The position numbers and the translations under genes were made by a program. A model generated the notes under the pieces. It ran no database searches, was not told where the DNA came from, and worked only from the letters and a program-made list of their open reading frames with translations. DNA of 64,000 bases, from the NCBI GenBank assembly GCA_951406725.2, contig OX597818.1:136338001-136402000 (forward strand), in the 5' to 3' direction. The stretch comes from Octopus vulgaris (taxonomy: Eukaryota). Positions 40,336-50,271 of the stretch are shown piece by piece. How positions within the stretch are numbered: the stretch's first letter is position 1; each line of letters starts with the position of its first letter.

Positions 40336-40475
40336 ATCCAAACATGAAAACACAAAGAGAAAACACAATGTGAGGACGTGGAACAAGTATAGTGTTATTG
40401 GACACTCAGGAAAGGAAAGAAAGGAGGAGGATTTTAACGTTTCAAGCGGAGCTCTTCATCAGAAACATAGAAATA
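40105..40475. mobile_element. two oppositely oriented Penelope-like termini flanking (TA)n, nested in a family A SINE (39935-40710)
   Basis: Hammerhead-like motifs at 40173-40214 (+) and 40432-40465 (-); the SINE head and tail lie on either side. Confidence 0.6.
40432..40465 (-). ncRNA. minimal type I hammerhead ribozyme motif
   Basis: ttt-CTGATGA-a-GAGC-tcc-GCTT-GAAA-cgt-TA-aaa: canonical core and palindromic AACGTT stem III. Confidence 0.6.
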
Positions 40476-40978
40476 CATGTATATATATTATATGTATTTT
40501 TGTGTCTGTGTTTGTCCCCCCTCCCCATCGCTTTACAACTGATGTTGGTGTGTTTACGTCCTCGTAACTTACCGGTTCGGCAAAAGAGACTGGTATACTA
40601 AGTACTAGGCTTACAAAGAATAAGTTCTGGGGTTGATCTGTTTGACTAAAGGTAGTGCTCCAGCATGGCTGCAATCAAATGACTGAAAGAAGTACAAGAA
40701 TAAAAGAATACATGTATATCTATGTCTATGTAGCTGAACTAAGTAAGGGATGTCCCTGATTGACTGTTTAGATTATGCCTGATGATGGTGGATTTGCATA
40801 ATATTATCTAATTATTTATGACTACATTGAATAAAGTTCTACTAAAACTTCATTTGCAAATTTAGAAGCCATTGATATATACATGCATACATACATACAT
40901 ATATATATAAAATAATCTTTTGTGTAATAAGATAAAAAAAACCCAAGGTTGTGTAGATATTACAGCATTTATAGAAAG

Positions 40979-41030
40979 GTCTTACAGCTGTTTCTAGGAT
41001 ATTTATTTATAATATCCCTTCATCGGAGAC
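40979..41030 (-). ncRNA. minimal type I hammerhead ribozyme motif (core variant CCGATGA)
   Basis: gtct-CCGATGA-ag-ggatatt-ataaata-aatatcc-ta-GAA-ACAGCTGT-A-agac: stems I and II pair, stem III is palindromic. Confidence 0.6.
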
Positions 41031-41526
41031 GGTGTGAGAGGATGGTTAAGTCATAGTTAGTTTAGATGTGATACAAAATAGAGAGTGAGGTGGAGGAAAG
41101 AAAATAGATGAAAAATATGTATGAGTATTGAAGTTGTAAATCCATTTTTTAGGCATAATGGTATATATGCAATATTCCAATATCCTATGAGTAAAGTCCA
41201 AAGATCCAACAGAATTTAAAATGGGTCCTTCCAAATATAGAGTTTATAAGCAATCTAAGATTCCCTTATGAGTGAGATCCAGCAGATTTTTAAACTTGGT
41301 TTCACTCCATTCCACACTTTTGTTCGCCATCCAGCCTGATCTGAAGCAAGGGTTTCTATTGCCTTTGAATCCATTCCAAGTGACTTCATGGTAGTCCTTA
41401 TGCTGTCCTTAAACCTTTTTTAGGTTTACACCAATTATGTTTCCCCTCTGCAAGGGCATGATAAAACATGTGTTTGGGTGTGCATTTATCTGCCATTCGA
41501 ACAATATGGTCAGGCCATCTTTGATT

Positions 41527-41575
<49 letters not shown>

Positions 41576-41586
41576 AACATTCATAC

Positions 41587-41678
<92 letters not shown>

Positions 41679-41685
41679 GTATATA

Positions 41686-43761
41686 AGACCCAAAATAACG
41701 TGGTGGTGGAACAATATTGTTGACAGGGCTATTAGACAAAAGAAACAGGCTTGGAAGGCCTGGAAGAACGGTGGTAGCAGGGAAGGGTATCAGACTGCCA
41801 GAAGGGAAGCTAGGAGACAGGTCTATCTAGCCAGAGGGGAAGCAGATAAGAGAAAATTTGCCAATGTCCTGCGCCGTGAGGATGAAAGACTTGAGGTATT
41901 TCGTGTTGCAAGACAGTGTGTGAGAGAGAATCGTGATGTGGTAGGAGAGAAATGAGTTCGCATGGAGGATGGTTCACTTGCGCTAAATGAGGATGCAAAG
42001 AGAGAAGCTTGGAGACGCCACTATGAAAGGTTGCTGAATGAGGAAAATGAATGGGATAAAGAGAGTCTGCCGAATGTTGACCCTACAGAGGGACCAGCTA
42101 TCCGAGTTGATAGTTCCGTGGTAGCTAAGGCAATTAGAAGCATGAAGACAGGGAAAGCCCCAGGCCCATCAGGAATTACTGCAGAGATGCTCAAAATATC
42201 TGGCAGTGTCGGCTATAACCTAGTCACCCGTATAGTCAACCAGGTGATACACGAAGGAGTCATACCCAATGACTGGTGCAGCAGCATACTAGTCAACTGC
42301 TACAAAGGTAAAGGTGATGCCCTAGATACAAATAATTACAGAGGTATCAAGCTGTTGGATCAAGTAATGAAGGTTACGGAGAGGGTCATAGCCCAACTAA
42401 TTAGAGAGAGAGTTAGTTTAGATGAGATGCAGTTTGGGTTCGTGCCAGGGAAAAGTACCACTGATGCTATATTCCTGGTAAGGCAGCTGCAGGAGAAATA
42501 CCTAGCCAAAGATAAGCCCCTGTACCTGGCTTTCGTTGACATGGAGAAAGCTTTTGATAGGGTCCCCCGATCCCTTATCTGGTGGTCAATGAGGAAACTA
42601 GGGATAGATGAATGGCTGGTGAGGACTGTGCAAGCCATGTACAGAGATGCCGTAAGTAAGGTTAGGGTTGGCAACATGTACACAGAAGAATTCAAAGTAG
42701 AGGTTGGGGTCCACCAGGGTTCAGTACTCAGCCCCCTCCTATTTATCATAGTACTCCAGGCAATTACGGAGGAATTCAAGACAGGCTGTCCCTGGGAGCT
42801 CCTCTACGCTGACGACCTTGCTCTTATTGCTGAGTCACTATCAGAACTGGAGGAGAAGTTCCAGGTGTGGAAGGAGGGTTTAGAATCAAGGGGCCTTAGA
42901 GTCAACCTAGCTAAAACCAAAGTACTAATAAGTAGAAAGGTAGACAATCCACAAATATCTTCAGGAAGATGGCCCTGCTCGATCTGTAGAAAAGGTGTAG
43001 GTAGAAACTCTATAAGATGTACCCAGTGTAAGCTATGGACACATAAGAGGTGCAGCAATGTCAAAGGTAGGCTAACTGGGAAGATAGTTTTTGTATGTGG
43101 CAGATGCTCGGGAGCATTAACCTCCGAAAATCTGCAGAAAACAACTTCCGTCACTTTCCAGGGGGAAAAACTAGAAGTAGTTGATAGCTTCCGTTATCTA
43201 GGTGACCAAGTCAGTAGTGGGGGTGGGTGCGCTGAAAGTGTAACTGCTAGAATAAGAATAGCCTGGGCAAAGTTTAGGGAGCTCTTACCTCTGCTGGTGA
43301 CTAAAGGCCTCTCGCTCAGAGTAAAAGGCAGACTGTATGATGCGTGTGTACGAACAGCCATGCTACATGGCAGCAAAACATGGGCCGTGACTGCTGAGGA
43401 CATGCGTAAGCTCGTGAGGAATGAAGCCAGTATGCTCCGATGGATGTGTAATGTCAGTGTACATACTCGACAGAGCGTTAGCACCTTGAGAGAAATGTTG
43501 TACCTAAGAAGCATCAGTTGTGGTGTGCAAGAGAGATGATTGCGCTGGTATGGTCATGTGGCGAGAATGGATGAAGATAGGTGTGTGAGAAAGTGCCAAT
43601 CCCTAGCAGTTGAGGGAACCCGTGGAAGAGGTAGACCCAGGAAAACCTGGGATGAGGTGGTGAAGCACGACCTTCGAACTTTAGGCCTCACTGAGGAAAT
43701 GACCAGCGACCGAGACCTTTGGAAATATTCTGTACGTGAGAAGACCAGGCAGGACAAGTGA
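41686..43761 (+). pseudogene. LINE ORF2 reverse transcriptase, one frame with two in-frame TGA stops (41953-41955, 43537-43539)
   Basis: KAPGPSG, NYRGIKLL, QFGF, FVDMEKAFD, GVHQGSVLSPLLF, YADD (42805-42816), FRYLG, RWYGHVARM, RGRPRKTW. Confidence 0.95.
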
Positions 43762-44428
43762 GCCCAGCCCACTTATGAATGCCTTTCCTCCCTTGGACAC
43801 AAAGACCTGTTGAGGCAAGCGAAGTCGATATAGAACCTCATCCGACGACAGACACCCATGCCAACCCCCCATGCTTGCGAAGACATGTTGGGGCAAGCGA
43901 AATCGAAATCGAAACCGAATTGAACCAGCCAGGATCCCTGGCCTGGTGGTATGTAAAAAGCACTATCCGACTCGTGGCCGTGGCACGTAAAATACTCCAA
44001 TGCGACCGTACGACAGGCACCCATGCCAACCCCCTTTGCTTGTGAAGACATGTTGGGGCAAGCGAAATCGAAATCGAATTGAACCAGCCAGGATCTCTGG
44101 TCTGGTGGTACGTAAAAAGCACTATCCGACTCGTGGCCGATGCCAGCACCGCCTCGACTGGCTTCTGTGCCGGTGGCACATAAAATACACCAATCTGACC
44201 GTGGCCGTTGCCAGCCCCGCCTGGCACCTGTGCAGGTGGCACGTAAAAAGCACCCACTACACTCACGGAGTGGTTGGCGTTAGGAAGGGCATCCAGCTGT
44301 AGAAACATTGCCAGATTAGACTGGAGCCTGGTGCAGCCTTCTGGCTTCCCAGAACCCCGGTCGAACCGTCCAACCCATGCTAGCATGGAGAACGGACGTT
44401 AAACGACGATGATGATGATGATGATGAT
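41686..44428 (+). mobile_element. 5'-truncated RTE-clade LINE
   Basis: RT-encoding frame, long modular 3'UTR with internal duplication, (GAT)n tail; no endonuclease domain present. Confidence 0.95.
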
Positions 44429-44446
44429 ACACACATATACATACAT

Positions 44447-44499
<53 letters not shown>

Positions 44500-44504
44500 T
44501 ACAT

Positions 44505-44569
<65 letters not shown>

Positions 44570-45719
44570 TATACATACATACAGATATATATATATATAT
44601 ATATCTTTATAATTGATGTTATTTACTTAGAAAAATTTCTACACAATGGCCTATTGGGGTGGGGTAAGTTTTCATGTATCACATGGAATTTTGTTTTGAT
44701 ATTTGGAAAAGTGTCACTTGATATCTATCACAAATTGGGCTGGTTCTTTGGGAAATGTCACGTAAAATACAGGCATATCTAAACATAAGTTGGTAATTAG
44801 TTCCAAGACATGTGATTTAACTTGAAAAATGATGTAATATGAAAACACATTAAAAAAAATTATTAGCTTATATCTGTTTTAATAAATGGTTTGCATATAT
44901 TTTCAGATGCATTTTATTTGATTTTACCATTTTAGTATCGCTTTTTTTAGGTGTTTTTAAAAAAAAATTTTATGCTTTTAAATAAATTTATTGAAGGTGA
45001 TGTAAAGTCAGATAAATCAACTGATGGTGAGGTTTATTTTCTCCATTTTTTTTCTTTAGAAAAATGATATAAATTTTTAAATGATGTACAATATATACTC
45101 ATGGATAGGTTGCACTATTTAAAAAAAAAAAAAAAATTTGATAAAAGTCAAAGGTGCATCCTATCCACTTGACATCACAAGGATCTGAAATAATGTGATA
45201 AATCAGTAGTTGAGTTGATTTATTAATTAGACTGCTGTTATAAAGCCACTTTCGCAAAAATATTTTAATATTTGTAAGCAAAATTTTGAAATATTTGATA
45301 ATATATAACAAATATTAGTTATATTTATGTTATAAAAGGGCCATTATAACTCCCCAGATTATTGCGTAATCTATCTGCTAGTCAACTGGAAACCCCAAAC
45401 TAAAGGTCACACCAGTGGATAGATCACACCCTTAGTTTGGCAACCCCAAACTAAGGGTGCGATCTATCCACTGGTGTGACCTGTCCATGAGTGTATACAT
45501 TAACTCAAGACAACGTAAGTTGAAGTATGCCTGTATCTGTTAGAATTTTGGTTGGATCCTCAGAGAAAGGAATTTCATACAGTGTAATCAATGCAAATTA
45601 CAGGTGTACAAGATTGGTGTTGTAAAATCCTTGGCAGGTTGACAGAGAAGGAGGGCATTGTATGTTGCAGAACGAAAAGGAGTTGCTAGCAGTAACAATA
45701 GTAATGGGATAAATTCTTT

Positions 45720-46255
45720 CAGATTCAAACGTTGGGTGATATGCCATGCTCGAGAAGACCCATCAAGCCAATTGAAGCTGTAATCATGGCCAATGCCAAT
45801 GTTGCAGAACTGGCACATAAAAGGCACCTTTCGAACTTTGGGTCTCACAGAGGCAGTGACAAGTGACCAAGATCTTTGGCAATATATCATGCTTGAGAAG
45901 ATCTGTCAAGCCAGGTGAGATCATAGTCATGGCTGATGCTGGTGCTTCATAACTAGCACCTGTGCTGGTGGCACGTAAAAAGCACCTGCTACACTTTTGA
46001 GGTGGTTGGCATTAGGAAAGACATCCAGCTGTAGAAACCATGCCAAATCATATTTGAACCTGGTGCAGCTCCCCAGCTTATCAGTTTTCTATCAAACTGT
46101 CCAACCCATGCCAGCAGAGAAAACAGACATTAAATGATGATGATAACTTCTAATGTTCCTTAGAAGCAGTTGATAGCTTCTCTTACCTAAGTGACCTAAT
46201 TAGCAGTGGGGGAGTTTGTTTGAAAATATAGCAGCCAGAGTAAAAGTGGGATGGA
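45720..46255 (+). mobile_element. diverged RTE fragments (3'UTR/tail plus an LEAVDSFSYL thumb-region piece)
   Basis: Homologous to about 43670-44410 and 43172-43265. Confidence 0.75.
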
Positions 46256-46454
46256 GTTATTAACCCTGCTCTGACAGATATATATCACTTATTAAAATTA
46301 CGATGAAAGTAAACAAACAAACGAAGTTTGCTTTAGGAGTGTCTTAGAAAGTTAAAGAAATGGTTTTTTTAAATTCTCAAATGCAGGATAATGGTAATAA
46401 TATAGCCTGAACAGGATAAACTACTCCTATTTTGCAGAAAAAAGTGTTGACAGC

Positions 46455-46532
46455 CAGCTATGAGACCCGAACTCACACCCCTGTGATTACGTGTCGCGGT
46501 GCTCTGACCTTTAAGCTAAACTGCCCTCACCA
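46455..46532 (-). pseudogene. tRNA-like sequence (Thr-CGT-like) inside a duplicated repeat
   Basis: Minus strand gcagtttagcttaaaggtcagagcaccgcgacaCGTaatcacaggggtgtgagttcgggtctc; stems are imperfect. Confidence 0.4.
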
Positions 46533-46711
46533 CTAATTCTTCCGCAAATTTAAGATATATAGAAATCTCGCTTTGAGATGCTATAGTATGTTAAATTAAA
46601 ATTAAGATGAAAGTAAACAAACAAACAAAATTTGCTTTAGAAGCATTGAGATGTCTTAGAAAGTCAGAGAAGTAATTTTTAAAATTTTTTATTCTCAAAC
46701 ACAGGATAATG

Positions 46712-47020
46712 CTCATAATCATCATTGTTCAACCGTGGTCGAGACAATGGAATTTACTATACCATGCCAGACTTCACGGTCCATCATAGAGGTCCTGTTG
46801 CTGGATGCCTGTATCCCTGGAGATTACATCAGGGTAGGAGAGTGTGCACCCTCTGGTATTGCGAGTAGATTGGCTTCCAGAGGAGAAGAGTAGAAATTGC
46901 TTCATTTTCAGCTCTACAACAATGTCCTGCAAACTGGACTCTCCTACCTTTCACAAGGGATGACACAGGTGGTAGTTTCCCATATATTTGTACTTTGCTT
47001 GGATGACGCTTCCACGAGAT
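46712..47020 (-). mobile_element. LINE 3' fragment (RTE-related) with a gataatgct flanking duplication
   Basis: Minus strand ISWKRHPSKVQIYGKLPPVSSLVKGRRVQFAGHC; splits the second copy of the 46290-46460 repeat. Confidence 0.65.
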
Positions 47021-47634
47021 AATGCTAATAATATAGCCTGAACAGGATAAACTACCCCTATTTTGCAGAAAAAAGTGTTGGCGGCCAATGATTTGACAAA
47101 GTCTAATATTGTATGGAAGAGAAACATGGGTATTGATTATGGATTATGTGGAAAGGCAGGAGAGGAATTTGGTGAATATACTTTACTAGATTAGTAATGT
47201 TAGTGTGGATGGATAAATGGGGCATGAGAAAAAGTGAGTTTAAGGGGAATCGGATACGGCAAAACAGACATGGATGAGATGGCATGGACATGTAATGCGT
47301 ATGGAGGATGACAGTTGGGTAAAGAAGTGCCAAGATAGCCAAGTGGAAGGAACCTTTAGAAGAATAGATACCAACGAAGATATGAGAAGTAGTTAAAGCT
47401 GTTCTAAGAATGCTGAACCTTAGAAAGATGACAAAAGGCTGCAAGAAATTGGCAAGATAATTGGAAGAGTATCAGCCAACTTGTGCCAGAATGGGAAAAT
47501 GGATATAAAAATGGTGATGGTAATAAAATGATGGTCAAGTTGATGATAACAATGATGATGGTGGTGGGGATGATCATCACGATGACAACGATAGTGATAA
47601 CAATGTATACACACAATCAGGTTTAACCCTTTGG

Positions 47635-47866
47635 AAGGCAGCGAGCTGGCAGAAACGTTAGCATGCTGGGCGAAATGCGTAGCCGTATTTCGTCTGTCGT
47701 TACGTTCCGAGTTCAAATTCCGCCGAGGTCAACTTTGCCTTTCATCCTTTCGGGGTTGATAAATTAAGTACCAGTTATGCACTGGGGTCGATGTAAACGA
47801 CTTAATCCGTTTGTCTGTCCTTGTTTGTTCCCTCTGTGTGTAGCCCCTTGTGGGTAGTAAAGAAAT
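47635..47866 (+). mobile_element. SINE family B inserted in the terminus of a piggyBac-like MITE
   Basis: 16-bp TSD aggtttaaccctttgg at 47619-47634 and 47867-47882. Confidence 0.9.
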
Positions 47867-47870
47867 AGGT

Positions 47871-48100
47871 TTAACCCTTTGGCATTTAAACTGGCCATAT
47901 CCGGTCCAAATATCCGACCTATTTTATGTTCAAGCTGGTGAGATCCAGCCTTTCACACCTACCCTACAATGTCATTCTAAAAAATAAATACATCATTGAA
48001 ATGTCACAGCTATGAAATAATTAATGCATGATTAAAATTCAAAATAATGTGAATAAATAAGCATTACATTTGGAAGAATAAACTGAACGCTAAAGGGTTA
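47871..48100 (+). mobile_element. piggyBac-like MITE (second copy on the minus strand at 59803-60020)
   Basis: ttaa|ccctttggcatt ... aacgctaaaggg|tta termini; the interior matches the reverse complement of 59803-60020. Confidence 0.65.
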
Positions 48101-48478
48101 TGCAAAGGAGCTGTAATCATTATTCTAGTAAAGGCCAATTAACCAATACTGTTATCAATTAATCATTATGTAATTAGCTTCATCCACATTTCTTCTTCCT
48201 CCACTCTCACTCAACCATTCTATCATTGATTACCATTCCATCTGGAAGGCAGTAGAATCTATAATTCACTTACCATCCCTATATTCCATAGGTTTAACTT
48301 CTGTCTGTTGTGTAACCATTTGGTTTTATGTGTGCCAATAAAGCAGAAATGAGAGAAAATGGTGGAGGAATGGCTCAAAGATGGTAACATAAGATTGATT
48401 AGTGTTGTTATTTGCGGTGCTGGTGATTGGAATGGTATGGTGGTGGTCATGCGGTGATAGTATTAGTTAGTATTAGTT

Positions 48479-48710
48479 AGGCGGCGAGCTGGCAGAAACG
48501 TTAGCACGCCAAGCGAAATGCTTTGCGGTATTTCGTCTACAGTTACGCTCTGAGTTCAAATTCCGCCGAGGTCAACTTTTCCTTTCATCCTTTCGAGGTC
48601 GATAAATTAAGTACCAGTTACGCACTGGGGTCGATGTAAACGACTTAATCCATTTGTCTGTCCTTGTTTATCCCCTCTGTGTTTAGCCCCTTGTGGGTAG
48701 TAAAGAAATA
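48479..48710 (+). mobile_element. SINE family B
   Basis: TSD agtattagtta. Confidence 0.9.
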
Positions 48711-49754
48711 AGTATTAGTTATGCCTATGATGATAGTGGAAGTGGTGGTGTTGGTGGTGGTAGATTTAGAGGTAGAGATGAGTGTGGTGGTGGTGGTGGT
48801 GGTTGTTTCCTGTGGTTATGGTGATAGTGATGGTGGTGATGATGAATTTGTTTTCAAACGAGTGTGGCTGCCTAATTATTTTGCATGTGAAACAGTGCAG
48901 AGTTACAACCACCACCACTACCACCACCACCAAATAGCAGCCGACTCTCCTTCAACTTTCTTAAAAACAGAAGTACTTGTCAGATAGTGTATTCCTTGAT
49001 GTATTGTGACCAAACTAATGATTTGATGGCCATAGGTGGAATGGCCTTGATTATAAAATTCGTTCCAAGTTGTTGGACCAAACTACTTCTCTGCCAAATG
49101 TCTGCACAATTAAGCTTGTCAAGGATGGTGGTGGTGGTGGTGGGTGTTGCACAACAATAGTAACATTGTATGATGATGATGATGACGATGATGATGATGC
49201 GAATAACACTGCCTTTTACACAAACACACATTCACACAATCTCATGTACACACAAATACACAGAAACAAATACATTAATACACACTCACACACACCTTCA
49301 CACATACTCTTTCTTCCACTCTCTCTCTTTCCCCATACTCTTTCTCTTCTCTCTCTCCCTCCCTCTCTCCTACTCTCTCTTTTACTCTTTCACTAAACAC
49401 ATGTCCTTCCCAAATCAAACCACTTCCTTTCCATAACAAGAAAATGTCTGTTTGACAAACTCACCTTGTTTCTTTTTAATTAAAAGTTGGATGGCTTTCT
49501 TTGAATTTACACTTGCAACTGATAAAGTTGCATCTTATATGGAACGTATCCAATTTTCTTTAACTAAGAAAATATATTATGGAATTCTTGGACATAATCA
49601 CTCCAAAACAATTTTTGTTTACCATTTAAGGGAAACTGGCACTATTTAGAATTCTTGTGCTGGTCACCCTGATCATCAACCACCATCCAATACTTCAATC
49701 GGTAGACATTTCGACCATGAATGCCCACCACTATTTAATATCCAAGGTGTCATG

Positions 49755-49943
49755 TAAAAACCACTGGTGATGGTGGCACATAAAATGCACCCAGTACACT
49801 CTATGGAGTGGTTGGCATTAGGAAAGTCCTCCAGCCAAAGAAACAAAGCCTAACCAAACTATGGAACCTGGTGTGGGCCCCTAGCCTTGCCAGTTCATAT
49901 CAAGCTATTGTACCCACACCAGCATGAAAGACAGATGTTAAAT
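49755..49943 (+). mobile_element. old RTE tail fragment of the variant that seeded the 144-bp array
   Basis: taaaatgcacccagtacactct is identical to the start of the array unit. Confidence 0.7.
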
Positions 49944-49944
49944 G

Positions 49945-50172
49945 TTACTTATTTCTTTACTGCCTACAAGGGGCTAAACATAGAGGGGGGACAAACAAAG
50001 TGATTAAGTCGATTACATTGACCCCAGTGCGTAACTGGTACTTTGCCTTTCATCATTTCAGGGTTGATAAATAAAGTCGACCGGCGAAATTTTAACTCAC
50101 AACGTAAATGCAGACGAAATATCACTAAGCATTTTGACCAGTGTGCTAACATTTCTGCTAGCTCTCTGCCTT
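49945..50172 (-). mobile_element. SINE family B with an internal inversion (about 50041-50073)
   Basis: The core ctttgcctttcatcatttcagggttgataaat is in + orientation between minus-oriented head and tail. Confidence 0.8.
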
Positions 50173-50177
50173 CAGAT

Positions 50178-50271
50178 AATATGGAGCGTTTCATGAATTT
50201 GTGTCATCCTCGTGCAGGGGCCATGCTAATCTTCTCTCTATCATTCCAATTTAGTATATGTACTGCTGAAG
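50178..50271 (-). pseudogene. U6: U6 snRNA pseudogene
   Basis: Minus strand cttcagcagtacatatactaaattggaatgatagagagaagattagcatggcccctgcacgaggatgacacaaattcatgaaacgctccatatt aligns to U6; ACAGAGA box mutated to AGAGAGA, first ~7 nt missing, small deletions. Confidence 0.92.

Noticed and set aside
40775-40800. CTGATGA hammerhead core (and a weak stem-GAAA motif at about 15135-15160)
   Set aside because: The first lacks a properly placed stem II and GAAA; the second lacks a recognisable CUGANGA.
41962-43539. Intact or domesticated 525-aa RT gene
   Set aside because: It is bounded by nonsense codons inside a longer ORF2 frame, lacks the endonuclease and retains the LINE tail, so it is a dead truncated copy.
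44640-45350. Transib-like CACAATGG terminus
   Set aside because: No convincing matching inverted terminus or 5-bp TSD was found.
50178-50271. Functional U6 gene
   Set aside because: ACAGAGA box mutated, 5' stem truncated, no oligo-T terminator, and the upstream promoter region is replaced by satellite.
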